Source: Deltaproteobacteria bacterium
Lineage (GTDB): Bacteria; Desulfobacterota; Desulfuromonadia; Desulfuromonadales; BM103
Length of the DNA: 64,000 nucleotides
Direction: 5' to 3'
Assembly (NCBI GenBank): GCA_019313185.1
Contig: JAFDBS010000140.1
Location: 377-64,376 of the forward strand
Part shown: piece after piece, positions 9,371 through 19,361 of the stretch
Layout: each line of letters starts with the position of its first letter
How positions within the stretch are numbered: position 1 is the first letter of the stretch
Notes under the pieces: model-generated
Told to the model about the DNA's origin: nothing
What the model saw: only the letters and a program-made list of their open reading frames with translations
Databases searched by the model: none
Made by a program: the position numbers and the translations under genes

Positions 9371-11754
9371 TCCTGATAAACCGCGTCGCAGTTCTTGGCG
9401 CCGGTGTGATGGGTGCGGCGATTGCTGCTCACCTCGCCAATGCAGGCTTGTCAGTCCTGCTGCTCGACCGGATACCGGACCAGCTCAATGATCTGGAACT
9501 CAAGCAGGGCTTGAACAAGGAAAGCCCGAAATTTCTGAACCGTTTGGCGAGCGAGGCGCTGCAAAACATGTTGAAGGCAAAACCAGCTCCATTTTTTGTG
9601 CCGGACCGGGCCAGGCAAATACAAGTGGGGAATTTCCGGGACGATCTGAAAACCCTGAAAGATTGTGACTGGGTCATTGAGGCCATCATTGAAGACCCGA
9701 AGATAAAGGCGACTCTTTATGCGCAAATTGTCCCCAATCTTGGCATGCGGACGATTTTATCGACCAATACCAGTGGTATCCCTGTAAACCATCTCGCAGA
9801 GCACTTGCCAGACGAGGTCCGCTCACGGTTTCTGCTGACCCATTTTTTCAATCCGCCACGCTATATGCATTTAATCGAGCTTGTGCCGTGTCGAGCCACA
9901 GACCGGACATTGCTCGCGTCCGTTGCTGAATTTCTCGAACTAAGACTCGGCAAAGGTGTGGTGCTTGGCAAAGACACTCCGAACTTTGTCGGCAACAGGA
10001 TCGGGGTGTTTGCACTGTTGAACGCAATCCACCATATGGTTGAACTTGGTATGACTGTGGAACAAGTTGACGCTGTGGCCGGAAAAGCAACGGCACGGCC
10101 CAAAACCGGGGTGTTCCGTACGGCAGACCTGGTCGGCATCGATACCCTGGTTCATGTGGCCCGGCTGTCCTGGAAAGCGTTGTCTGAGGATGAACAGCGC
10201 CAGACCTTCCAGTTGCCTGATTTTCTTGAAAACATGCTGAATTCCGGTATGCACGGCGACAAATCCGGTCACGGATTCTATCGAAAAGAAAAGACCCTGA
10301 ACGGAACAGTTCGCCAAGTCCTGGATTTTAGCAACATGTCGTACCGGACCCTGCGGCAGCCAGAGTTTCCAAGTCTGAAAAAGGCCCTCAAGTTAGATGA
10401 TCCCAAGGAGCGCTTGGCAGCAATGGTCAATGAACATGACCAGGGGGCAGAATTTGCTTGGCGGAATTTACGCGACACAATTATTTACGCGACCAACCGC
10501 ATCCCAGAAATTGCTGACGGTATTGAACAAATTGACCTGGCCATGCGCTGGGGTTTCAATTGGGAAATTGGCCCTTTCGAGATGCTTGACGTCATTGGCG
10601 TGCATGCTTTTGTTCAGCGCGCCAGAAAGGATGGAATCGAAGTGCCGAAATCCTTGGATTCCGTCGAGCGGTTCTACCGGTTTAGTAAGGGGTGTCACCA
10701 AGCGTGGGACTTAAGAACAGGAGCAGGATACCGAGATCTGAAACAGACTCGTGGTGAAGTCAAACTCACTATTTTGAAATCCTTACGGGCTCGGCTTGCG
10801 GGGAATCAGGAGGCATCGATTCATGATTTGAATGATGGGGTGCTGGGCCTGGAGTTTCACTCTAAAATGAATTCGATATCGCCGGAAACCTTGGACATGG
10901 TGATCAAGGCGGTAGAGATTGCCGAACGCCAGGGAGTTGGTCTGGTGATTGGAAACCAGGGAAAGGTTTTTTCCGCAGGCGCTAATCTTGCCGTGCTGCT
11001 TTCCGCCCTGGAAAAGCAAAGCTTTGCCGAGATAGAAAAGATAGTCACAACATTTCAAAACGCTTCCATGACATTGAAATATGCAAAAGTACCGGTTGTT
11101 GTTGCCCCCTTCAATCTCACCCTTGGCGGTGCATGCGAATTTTGCCTTCATGCTGACGCCATCGTGGCGGATGCAGAAACCTACATGGGGTTGGTCGAAG
11201 TGGGTGTCGGTATTCTTCCGGCCGGGGGTGGGTGCAAGGAAATGGCCATCCGAGCTTCTGAACTGGCTGAGCGCAACCAGTCCGATGTGACGTCGTTTTT
11301 ATACAAAGCATTGGAAAATATTGGGATGGCAAAGGTTTCGACTTCCGCAGAGGAACTCTTCGATTTCGGATACATGAGGCATGGTGACAGTATCACTATG
11401 AACACGGCCCGGCTTCTCGGGGATGCAAAAAAGCTGGTTCAGGCGCTCGCTGCAAATTACCGTCCCAAATTGCCGAACCAGACGATCAATGCCGGCGGAG
11501 AAGGGCTTGCTGCCTCAATGCGCACCCGGCTGTGGAACCTCAATCAGGGTGGATTTATTTCTGATCATGATCATCTGATAGCAAGCGCGGTTGTGAAAAT
11601 CCTCTGTGGGGGAGAGGTGCCTGAAGGCACAACTGTTGACGAGTCTTACCTGCTTGAACTGGAGAGAGAAGGGTTTCTGAGCTTGGTTGGGACGCCAAAA
11701 ACCAGGCAACGTATCGAGCATATGCTAAAGACCGGAAAGCCTTTACGCAACTGA
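9367..11754 (+). CDS. Bifunctional 3-hydroxyacyl-CoA dehydrogenase / enoyl-CoA hydratase
   Basis: 795 aa. N-terminal NAD-binding motif VAVLGAGVMGAAIA and a C-terminal crotonase-fold segment (FSAGANL...). The ATGA start overlaps the upstream stop. Confidence 0.9.
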   Translation: MILINRVAVLGAGVMGAAIAAHLANAGLSVLLLDRIPDQLNDLELKQGLNKESPKFLNRLASEALQNMLKAKPAPFFVPDRARQIQVGNFRDDLKTLKDCDWVIEAIIEDPKIKATLYAQIVPNLGMRTILSTNTSGIPVNHLAEHLPDEVRSRFLLTHFFNPPRYMHLIELVPCRATDRTLLASVAEFLELRLGKGVVLGKDTPNFVGNRIGVFALLNAIHHMVELGMTVEQVDAVAGKATARPKTGVFRTADLVGIDTLVHVARLSWKALSEDEQRQTFQLPDFLENMLNSGMHGDKSGHGFYRKEKTLNGTVRQVLDFSNMSYRTLRQPEFPSLKKALKLDDPKERLAAMVNEHDQGAEFAWRNLRDTIIYATNRIPEIADGIEQIDLAMRWGFNWEIGPFEMLDVIGVHAFVQRARKDGIEVPKSLDSVERFYRFSKGCHQAWDLRTGAGYRDLKQTRGEVKLTILKSLRARLAGNQEASIHDLNDGVLGLEFHSKMNSISPETLDMVIKAVEIAERQGVGLVIGNQGKVFSAGANLAVLLSALEKQSFAEIEKIVTTFQNASMTLKYAKVPVVVAPFNLTLGGACEFCLHADAIVADAETYMGLVEVGVGILPAGGGCKEMAIRASELAERNQSDVTSFLYKALENIGMAKVSTSAEELFDFGYMRHGDSITMNTARLLGDAKKLVQALAANYRPKLPNQTINAGGEGLAASMRTRLWNLNQGGFISDHDHLIASAVVKILCGGEVPEGTTVDESYLLELEREGFLSLVGTPKTRQRIEHMLKTGKPLRN

Positions 11755-11772
11755 TTGCCCAGGGAGATAATC

Positions 11773-12945
11773 ATGAAGCCGGTTTTTATCCTCAACGCCA
11801 AGCGAACTCCCGGAGGGAAAGCGCCTCGTGGACAATTCAGTACCGTGCGGCCAGACGAACTTGCCGCCATTGCGATCAAAGCAGTGCTTGATGGAACAGG
11901 CATAGACCCGGCGCAGATTGATGATGTCATCTTTGGCTGTGCGTTTCCGGAAGCTGAGCAGGGCATGAATATCGCGCGGGTTGCCGCGTTGCGGGCAGGG
12001 ATTCCAGTCCAAGTTCCGGCAATGACGATCAACCGGTTCTGTGCCTCTGGATTACAGGCCGTGGCAGCCGCTGCGGAGCGAATTGCTGCCGGTCTTGCCG
12101 ATTGCATTATCGCTGGAGGCACTGAATCGATGAGCTTGATTCCCATGGGCGGGCATAAGTTTAGTGCCAATCCGAATTTGGTTTCCGACTGGCCGGAATG
12201 CTATGCAGCGATGGGGATTACCGCCGAGATATTGGCGAAACGCTACGCGATCTCCCGGACTGACCAGGATCTGTTTGCCGTCGAAAGCCATCATCGGGCC
12301 AGCGAAGCGATGGCCGCCGGGCGCTTCGCCGCAGAAATTGTGCCTGTCCCGGTAAGACAGGTGTCATTTATCGACGGAGATATTTGCCGGGAATCTAGAA
12401 TTGTCGTGCAAGATGAAGGCGTGCGAGCGCAGACCTCCATCGACAATTTGACGGCGCTAAAACCTGTCTTCAAAATCGATGGCACAGTCACGGCCGGCAA
12501 CGCCTCACAAATGACTGATGGAGCTGCTGCCCTGCTGGTTGCCTCCGAGGCCTTCCTGAAGCAATGGAAATGCGATCCAGTGGCTCGCTTTGCCAGTTAC
12601 GCAGTTCGCGGCGTTGCGCCTGAAGTCATGGGAATCGGCCCAGTTGAAGCAGTGCCCGTGGCACTGCAGCGCGCAGGCCTGAAGATGCAGGATCTCGATG
12701 TAATTGAATTGAACGAGGCTTTCGCAGTTCAAGCGCTTGCGGTGATTCGAGACCTTGACTTTGATCCACTCAAGGTCAATGTCAATGGTGGAGCGATTGC
12801 TCTTGGCCACCCTCTCGGTTGCACTGGCGCCAAGCTGTCGACGACGTTATTGGCAGAGATGGGCCGCCGACGCACAAGATACGGCATGGTTACGATGTGC
12901 GTAGGCGGAGGGATGGGAGCGGCAGGCGTTTTCGAACGATTTTGA
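11773..12945 (+). CDS. Acetyl-CoA C-acyltransferase (thiolase)
   Basis: Thiolase motifs [10 protein letters not shown] (active Cys), NEAFA and [15 protein letters not shown]. The likely start is MKPVFIL at 11773, behind GGGAGA. Confidence 0.92.
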   Translation: MKPVFILNAKRTPGGKAPRGQFSTVRPDELAAIAIKAVLDGTGIDPAQIDDVIFGCAFPEAEQGMNIARVAALRAGIPVQVPAMTINRFCASGLQAVAAAAERIAAGLADCIIAGGTESMSLIPMGGHKFSANPNLVSDWPECYAAMGITAEILAKRYAISRTDQDLFAVESHHRASEAMAAGRFAAEIVPVPVRQVSFIDGDICRESRIVVQDEGVRAQTSIDNLTALKPVFKIDGTVTAGNASQMTDGAAALLVASEAFLKQWKCDPVARFASYAVRGVAPEVMGIGPVEAVPVALQRAGLKMQDLDVIELNEAFAVQALAVIRDLDFDPLKVNVNGGAIALGHPLGCTGAKLSTTLLAEMGRRRTRYGMVTMCVGGGMGAAGVFERF

Positions 12946-12968
12946 CGGTTTTAAAGTTGGGAGGGCAG

Positions 12969-14792
12969 ATGGCGCAAACAGTTCCACTTATGGTGTTTAG
13001 CAAAGGCGAAAGTTCGCCAACAAAGCCTGCTTTGCGGCAAAAGGTCGATGGTCGCTATCAAGACATCAGCTGGCAGGACATGATCGATAAGATCAAGAAC
13101 TTTGGCGCTGCGCTTTTGGCCCTTGGCCTGACACCCGGTGACCGGGTGGCAATTATGGCTCCAAATGGACCGAACTGGGTTGCTGCCGATCTCGGGGCGA
13201 TGGCAGCAGGCGGTGTCACAGTGCCGATTTATCAAACTGAAACAGTCGAGAATCTCGTTGAAATTCTGAAAGATTCCGGAAGTCGGTTTCTTTTTGTGCA
13301 ATCCGTTTTTTCTGACCAAGGAGTGCTCGACAGGTTGGATCAGCTGCCGGACTTGAAAACCGTTATACTGTTTTACGGCCAAGAGGACCAAAAACACTTC
13401 ATGAGCATTGATGATTTCTTGGCTTCGGCAAAAGATCGCCATGCTGAACAATTGCAACAAACCCTGTCCGCGCGTCAGGGCAGCGATATGGCGACATTGG
13501 TGTATACCTCTGGAACCACCGGGCAGCACAAGGGCGTAATCCTGACGCATGACAACATTTTGTCCAGCGTCAAAGATGCGGTTGAAGTGTTTGATATCGG
13601 CCCTGACGATGTGTGCCTCTCGTTTTTGCCCCTCTCGCACGTCTTCGAGCGTGTCGATGGTTACTATCTGATGTTGCATCAAAAGGCGATTATTGCCTAT
13701 GCAGAGAGTATCGATACGGTCCCGCTTAATCTGGCAGAGGTTAAGCCGACGGTCGTGATCAGTGTCCCCAGGCTTTATGAAAAGATGTATGAGCGGGTGC
13801 TTGAACAGGTGAATACCAGTTCTTGGCTAAAGAAGCAGATTTTTTTCGGCGCATTGGAAATCGGCCAGGCCTTTACGAGTGCAGTTATGGCCGGCCACTC
13901 ACCGAGCATTTTCTTGCGTTGTGCGGCTGCCATCGCCCGCCCCGTGGCGTTTGCCAGATTAAGACAACGTTTGGGGGGATGCCTGCGTTATTTTATTTCA
14001 GGTGGGGCACCATTGACGCGGGAGGTTGCAGAATTGTTTTTTGCCGCAGATATTCCTATCTATGAAGGCTACGGATTGACGGAAAGCACATCGGGGATAG
14101 CCGCGAACACGCCGGCCCACTTTCGTATCGGCACCGTCGGGCAGCTTTTCCCGAGCACCCGGGCTCGGATTGCCGGCGATGGAGAGATTCTTTTGAAAGG
14201 CCCGACAATGTCCACAGGCTATTGGAACCGCCCAGAGCAGACCCGCGAAACGTTTTCTGGTGGATGGTTGAAAACCGGCGATATCGGTGAAATTGATGAG
14301 GACGGTTTTTTGAAAATCACCGACCGTAAAAAAGACTTAATCATTACGGCCGGAGGTGAGAATATCGCCCCTCAAGAGCTTGAACACCGTTTTAAAGGAA
14401 ACCGCTATTTATCCAACGCGATCATTTTCGGAGATCAAAAACCGTTTTTGACCGCTTTGCTGGTTCCCAATTTCGACGCATTGGAAAAATACGCCCGCCA
14501 GCATCGCATTAATTTTCTCAATCACTGTGACTTGGTGACCCATCCGGTTGTTCTAAGTTTATACCGGCGGCACGTCGACCGGATGCAGCAGGACCTTCCA
14601 TCGTTCAATAAAGTCAAGCGCTTTACCCTGCTTTCTCGTGATTTTTCAAGCGAGCGTGGAGAGATGACGCCGACACTCAAGCTGAAGCGGAGAAATGTGG
14701 CCAGCAATTTTGAATCAGTGATTGCCAGCATGTATCGTGACCGCGATCATGGTGTTCACGATAGCGGTTTCTGCATCGTTGATGATGAATAG
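12969..14792 (+). CDS. Long-chain fatty acid-CoA ligase (AMP-dependent synthetase)
   Basis: AMP-binding motif YTSGTTGQHKGV, plus GYGLTES and ...TGDIGEIDEDGFLKITDRKKD. Start taken at ATG 12969 (MAQTVPL) behind GGGAGGG. The ORF-track start at 12819 would overlap the thiolase gene. Confidence 0.9.
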   Translation: MAQTVPLMVFSKGESSPTKPALRQKVDGRYQDISWQDMIDKIKNFGAALLALGLTPGDRVAIMAPNGPNWVAADLGAMAAGGVTVPIYQTETVENLVEILKDSGSRFLFVQSVFSDQGVLDRLDQLPDLKTVILFYGQEDQKHFMSIDDFLASAKDRHAEQLQQTLSARQGSDMATLVYTSGTTGQHKGVILTHDNILSSVKDAVEVFDIGPDDVCLSFLPLSHVFERVDGYYLMLHQKAIIAYAESIDTVPLNLAEVKPTVVISVPRLYEKMYERVLEQVNTSSWLKKQIFFGALEIGQAFTSAVMAGHSPSIFLRCAAAIARPVAFARLRQRLGGCLRYFISGGAPLTREVAELFFAADIPIYEGYGLTESTSGIAANTPAHFRIGTVGQLFPSTRARIAGDGEILLKGPTMSTGYWNRPEQTRETFSGGWLKTGDIGEIDEDGFLKITDRKKDLIITAGGENIAPQELEHRFKGNRYLSNAIIFGDQKPFLTALLVPNFDALEKYARQHRINFLNHCDLVTHPVVLSLYRRHVDRMQQDLPSFNKVKRFTLLSRDFSSERGEMTPTLKLKRRNVASNFESVIASMYRDRDHGVHDSGFCIVDDE

Positions 14793-15034
14793 TTTGCCGT
14801 CAACTTTCCGTTTGGGTTTGATCAAGGCTTTGCCACATGATTTATGATAAGTATTGCTACCCGGTTTTCTATGGACACCAGTCATGAAGCCAGACTCAAG
14901 CAAAACGACCGCTGTGTGAACGACGTTCACAAGTCAGCTCATTTCGGTTTATTTTCTGCAAAACCGATTTTTCGGCATCACTGATGCAGAAATATCAGCA
15001 ACAATTATGTTCATTATCAGGGAGTATTTAACCT

Positions 15035-15598
15035 ATGAAACGTGCTTTGATTGTCGACGATGAACCTTTGTTACGTCGTCAGGTCGCTGAGATCGTAGCG
15101 GGATACGGGTTTGATGAGATACTGGAGGCTGAAAACGGGGTTCAGGCTCTCGAAATTGCGACTCACCAGGAGGTCTTGCTTGTCGTCATGGATGTGGGCA
15201 TGCCTGTTATGGACGGGGTCACGGCTGCTGAAAAAATAGGCAAAGTTAAGCCGTTGCCGATTGTGCTTGTCACCGCGGATACCGGAGCGGAGACCATAGA
15301 ACGAGCACGGCTTGCCGGGGTAATGAATTACGTTGTTAAACCTGTACGGGCCGAACAGTTGTTTGCAGCGGTTGACCTGGCCATCCACCAGTTTGTTGAA
15401 CTGTCCACCTTGCGAGAGGAAGTCAGCAAGCTGAAAGAGACCTTGGAGACCCGCAAGGTGGTTGACCGTGCCAAAGGAGTTCTCATGAAAAAGGGAATGG
15501 ATGAGCCCGCGGCCTTTCGGCGTCTGCAGAAACTGGCAATGGACAAACGCAAGTCCTTGCGGGAAGTTGCCGAAGCCGTTCTGTTGATGGAGGATTAA
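15035..15598 (+). CDS. Response regulator with ANTAR RNA-binding output domain
   Basis: An N-terminal receiver domain (LIVDDEP...DVGMP) and a C-terminal ANTAR helix pattern (VVDRAKGVLMKK...AFRRLQKLAMDKRKSLREVAEAVL). No cognate kinase is adjacent. Confidence 0.88.
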   Translation: MKRALIVDDEPLLRRQVAEIVAGYGFDEILEAENGVQALEIATHQEVLLVVMDVGMPVMDGVTAAEKIGKVKPLPIVLVTADTGAETIERARLAGVMNYVVKPVRAEQLFAAVDLAIHQFVELSTLREEVSKLKETLETRKVVDRAKGVLMKKGMDEPAAFRRLQKLAMDKRKSLREVAEAVLLMED

Positions 15599-15861
15599 TC
15601 CGAAAGATTGGCGAGGCACATCCAATCATCCTGGTCAATCCTGTGCCTTAGCAGCAATCGTCGGGTTTCATTGATTTCGACCAGAAAAAATTCACCCTCT
15701 GGTTCACGCCACGTCTTTAAAATCTGCTGTATATGATGATGGGAATTGGCCAGCCAGACAGCCTGTGGCCGTTCCTCCCCGCGGTAGCCGTGATGGCAGG
15801 TCACTTTTACCGCATGCCAGGTTTGCGCAGTTGGATCTGTCGAAAACAACTTATGCGACAT
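15595..15861 (-). CDS. Hypothetical protein (88 aa)
   Basis: ATG at 15861 lies behind GGGGAAGGA. Translation MSHKLFSTDPT...; no family recognised. Confidence 0.4.
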   Translation of the reverse strand: MSHKLFSTDPTAQTWHAVKVTCHHGYRGEERPQAVWLANSHHHIQQILKTWREPEGEFFLVEINETRRLLLRHRIDQDDWMCLANLSD

Positions 15862-16051
15862 GAACGGGTTCCTTCCCCTCAATGCAGGATAACTGACCAC
15901 CGGTTTGGTTAACTCGCGGGTTTGTCAGGTCAAAGGCTCGGACCCAAACGCAACTGCTTTGAAACCGGATGAAATCGAATATCAAGGCGAAATGCGCAGG
16001 TCCGAAAATTCATGCTATACTTAAGCCAGTTATGCTCTAGAGGAGGTTCGC

Positions 16052-16255
16052 ATGTCAAATTCACCGAAAAATAACTCGGTTTGCCAGGACGCGGATCACC
16101 ACGATCTGCATATCTGCCAACTCTCGCGCAAAGGCTTGAGAGAAGAAATTGCCCGCCGGACAAACGCTCCAGAATTCCTTTGCCATAACTGCAATGCTTC
16201 AGCCAATCGTGAAGAAGACCTTTGTAACCCCAGCCGACTATGCAAACCTGCCTGA
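16052..16255 (+). CDS. Hypothetical small Cys/His-rich protein (67 aa)
   Basis: A strong SD (AGAGGAGGttcgc) precedes the ATG, and the protein has six Cys. The competing antisense ORF 15930-16346 lacks an SD. Confidence 0.45.
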   Translation: MSNSPKNNSVCQDADHHDLHICQLSRKGLREEIARRTNAPEFLCHNCNASANREEDLCNPSRLCKPA

Positions 16256-16522
16256 CAGAGCGACTCTGAATCGCACGATTTGTATTGAGCGGTTCTTGAA
16301 CATGCCATTCCACTTCCTGGTCTCCTGACATCTCTAAAGCCCGCATTGGTTTTGTTGAGGTTTGATTGTGTTCATTGCCGATCGAACGAGCAGTTTAGGG
16401 TCACTCTGATCACTTCACAATTCCCCTATGTGTTCGCAATTCCCTGGACGGGTTGAGGTTGAAATTTGAATAAGTTCCTATATTTTATAATAAATATGAC
16501 GGCTGTTCGCAGGAGGAAAGAC

Positions 16523-17848
16523 ATGATTGGCGAATTGACGAAGCGCGCTGGGCGTGACGAAGGTGCCGTGCGAGGTTGTTTAAATGTGTTAGAGAAAGTG
16601 TTCAGACACTCCGGCTTGTTGCCTTTTGCCGTGAGATTATGGGATGGCTCTGAATGGCGGAACGGTGAGGCAAAGCCGACTTTCACTTTGGAGTTCAAGC
16701 ACCCGGCGGCACTGCGCAAGTTGTTCTGGGGCACCAACCAAGTTTCGATGGGTGAGGCATATATTTACGATGACTTTGACATCAAAGGGGACGTTGAAGC
16801 CAGTTTCAACCTGGCTGACTTTCTGTTGAAGGGCGCTAAAATGGGTTTGAAGGAAAAGTTGCAAATTGTCCGTCAGTTGCTTCCTTTGCCCATCAGGAAT
16901 TATTCGCTGGCCAGGCAATTTTCAGCTCAACTCAAAGGGACTATTCATTCACGTCGGCGTGATGCCGCCGCGGTCCAATACCATTACAATGTCTCGAACG
17001 AGTTTTATCGCCTCTGGCTCGATCCTCAGATGGTTTATTCATGCGCATTTTTTCATGATCCTTGCGAAGAACTGGAGGTCGCACAGCAAAGAAAGCTTGA
17101 TTACATTTGCCGAAAGTTGCGACTCAAACCGGGCGAAACGTTGCTTGATATTGGCTGTGGATGGGGCGGGTTGATGCTGCATGCTGCAACCAACTACGGC
17201 GTTGAGGTGACAGGAGTGACCTTAAGTGAACCCCAGGCCGATCTTGCAAATCAGCGATTCAGAGAAGCAGGGGTCGCAGATCGTTGCCGAGCAGAGGTCA
17301 TGGATTACCGGGACGTGTGCGGCAGCGAAAGCTTTGACAAGCTGGTTAGCGTTGGGATGTTTGAGCATGTTGGCGAAGCGCAGCTGCCGGTATATTTTCA
17401 GAAGGCTTATTCGCTTTTAAAACCGGGAGGCGTTTTTCTAAACCATGGGATCACAGAGACCTGGAAGAGACACGTCAACAACGACGAATCATTTGTCGAG
17501 AAATATGTCTTTCCTGACGGCGAACTGCTGCCAATTGCAACCATACTGCAGATTGCTGCGGAAGCAGGTTTCGAAGTCCGCGATGTGGAAAGTTTGCGTG
17601 AGCATTACGCATTGACTCTAAGGCGTTGGGTAAAACGTCTGGAGCAAAATCAAGAGCAGGCAGTCCAGCTAACCTCTCCGGTGACGTACAGGATCTGGAG
17701 GATTTACATGGCTGGTTCGGCTTACGGATTTACAAATGGCACATTGAACCTGTACCAGGCACTCTTGATCAAAGCAGGACGCCGAGCCAGTGGTTTGCCG
17801 TTGACGCGTTGTGACTGGTATCGTCCTTGTCCCAGCGGCTACCATTAG
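16523..17848 (+). CDS. cfa: Cyclopropane-fatty-acyl-phospholipid synthase family SAM methyltransferase
   Basis: YSCAFF..., the SAM motif LLDIGCGWGGL and HYALTLRRW are typical of the CFA synthase/mycolic acid methyltransferase family. Start chosen at ATG 16523 behind AGGAGGA. Confidence 0.85.
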   Translation: MIGELTKRAGRDEGAVRGCLNVLEKVFRHSGLLPFAVRLWDGSEWRNGEAKPTFTLEFKHPAALRKLFWGTNQVSMGEAYIYDDFDIKGDVEASFNLADFLLKGAKMGLKEKLQIVRQLLPLPIRNYSLARQFSAQLKGTIHSRRRDAAAVQYHYNVSNEFYRLWLDPQMVYSCAFFHDPCEELEVAQQRKLDYICRKLRLKPGETLLDIGCGWGGLMLHAATNYGVEVTGVTLSEPQADLANQRFREAGVADRCRAEVMDYRDVCGSESFDKLVSVGMFEHVGEAQLPVYFQKAYSLLKPGGVFLNHGITETWKRHVNNDESFVEKYVFPDGELLPIATILQIAAEAGFEVRDVESLREHYALTLRRWVKRLEQNQEQAVQLTSPVTYRIWRIYMAGSAYGFTNGTLNLYQALLIKAGRRASGLPLTRCDWYRPCPSGYH

Positions 17849-17955
17849 CCATTGTTTTTGAGTTGGGTCGTGGCTGAGCACTCTTGGAGGTGACGAGGCC
17901 GATAGGTTGTTCATATCCCAAAAGCCTCATGACCCGCGGCAAACCTCCCCGGGGG

Positions 17956-18702
17956 TTAAGACACTAGATCGGCCATGGTGTGACTTGCATTGTCATGAAA
18001 ACAAAACGTGGCGAGGTGGTCGTAGGAGGTTGGAGTCTTGTTCAAAAAAATCAAGCTGGCCCCTGACTCATAAGCGGCAAGGGGGAACAAATTGGCCGGT
18101 TGCACCGCCAGTGACGAACCAATCATTAACATCAGGTCACAGTTTGTTGCAGCCTGCCAGGCGCGTTGCATGGCCATTTCTGGCATGTCTTGACCAAATG
18201 AGACGGTGTCCGGTTTGACTAAGCCGCCACAAATTTCACAATGCGGGTCGAGGTTCCCCCCGTCGAGCCACGTTTGAACCGTTGCAATCGGCCAGCGATT
18301 GGAGCAACTGAGACATGAGGCCGTCATGTTGGTCCCATGCAGTTCGATGACATCACGATTTCCCGCAGCTTGGTGTAGCCCATCAATATTCTGTGTGATT
18401 ACCGTGTTCAAGACACCTCGACGCTCGAGTTCTGCAAGGCCGAAATGGGCTGCATTGGGTTTTGCGCTTAACAATGCCGGAATGAGTTCGCGACGCATCT
18501 TCCAGTACGAGATACGATTGTCTCTGCTCGCAAGGAACTCCTGGTAGGTTACGATGCGGTAGCGCTCCCAGATGCCTCCTTTCGACCGAAAATCTGACAG
18601 CCCTGACTCGGTTGATATGCCAGCCCCTGAAAAAGCCACCACTTTCCGTTTTTGCCGCAATAGAGTTCTGGCTTGTTCAAGCGCGGGACGGTCGCTATTC
18701 AT
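17956..18702 (-). CDS. cobB: NAD-dependent protein deacylase, Sir2/CobB family
   Basis: GAGISTESGLSDFR, TQNIDGLH, HG, and the zinc ribbon CLSC...CEICGG. 248 aa, the classical sirtuin size. Confidence 0.9.
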   Translation of the reverse strand: MNSDRPALEQARTLLRQKRKVVAFSGAGISTESGLSDFRSKGGIWERYRIVTYQEFLASRDNRISYWKMRRELIPALLSAKPNAAHFGLAELERRGVLNTVITQNIDGLHQAAGNRDVIELHGTNMTASCLSCSNRWPIATVQTWLDGGNLDPHCEICGGLVKPDTVSFGQDMPEMAMQRAWQAATNCDLMLMIGSSLAVQPANLFPLAAYESGASLIFLNKTPTSYDHLATFCFHDNASHTMADLVS

Positions 18703-18844
18703 TGTCGTGCACTAACCAGCAAGTCGCAACAAGTTCGGGACATGGATCATAGGCTTTCAAAAACCTGGTGGCCGATAGGCCACTCATAGCAGTTCGCAGC
18801 AGGCTCCAATCCGGCATGTCTCAGCAAACAACGATGCAGAAGGT

Positions 18845-18886
18845 CAGGCAGTCAGGTTATGCCGCATGGCATAACCTGACTGCCTG
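18845..18886. repeat. Perfect 19-bp inverted repeat (42-nt hairpin)
   Basis: CAGGCAGTCAGGTTATGCC, loop GCAT, then GGCATAACCTGACTGCCTG. It lies in the intergenic space between two minus-strand genes. No U-tract on either strand. Confidence 0.9.
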
Positions 18887-18990
18887 TTGGCATCTATAAA
18901 CATTAAACTTGAACCGACAACTCCTCAGTCAGCTGCTGCTCAAGTTTATAAAGTGGATGGCAATGTTGTCATGGCGACGCAAGGAACTGG

Positions 18991-19227
18991 CTAATGCTTG
19001 CGGCGCGCTGAATCCCAGAGAGTGGGCTCTATCTCGGAACTGAAGCGGTTGACAAATTCTTGGTGCTCATCCTGGGAAAGATGAACCGTTCCAGTTATCA
19101 AGTCAATGCAACGGAGGTTTTGAGAGATCAGGATATCGTACATCCGTTGTGCATCCTCTTTGTTTCTCATGCATCGCCCAATCAGATGATTGACATGGTC
19201 TTCACCTATAATATGACGGTATCTCAT
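18991..19227 (-). CDS. Hypothetical protein (78 aa if started at MRYRH)
   Basis: The ORF is open to 19389, but only the ATG at 19227 has a well-spaced AGGAG. The local sequence is AT-richer. No family recognised. Confidence 0.35.
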   Translation of the reverse strand: MRYRHIIGEDHVNHLIGRCMRNKEDAQRMYDILISQNLRCIDLITGTVHLSQDEHQEFVNRFSSEIEPTLWDSARRKH

Positions 19228-19361
19228 AAGCATTCTCCTCATATTTTGGTGGACATAAGAGCTGCTGACCTGTTTATAGTTTAATCTCTTTCTTGACGTG
19301 TGCAACCTTCTCAGAACGCCGCCCGTGTTTAGGATGGGTTGTTCATGCAAAGGAACTGTGG

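Noticed and set aside
12951-13682. 243-aa minus-strand ORF
   Set aside because: It lies entirely antisense to the well-supported fatty acid-CoA ligase gene and has no family resemblance. It is a shadow ORF.
17956-18702. Sir2 gene as an anti-phage NADase (Thoeris, DSR or Sir2-HerA type)
   Set aside because: It is a 248-aa classical sirtuin with a complete CxxC...CxxC zinc ribbon and the GAGIS/TQNIDGLH motifs. It has no fused sensor domain and no partner defence gene, and its neighbours fit ADP-ribose housekeeping.
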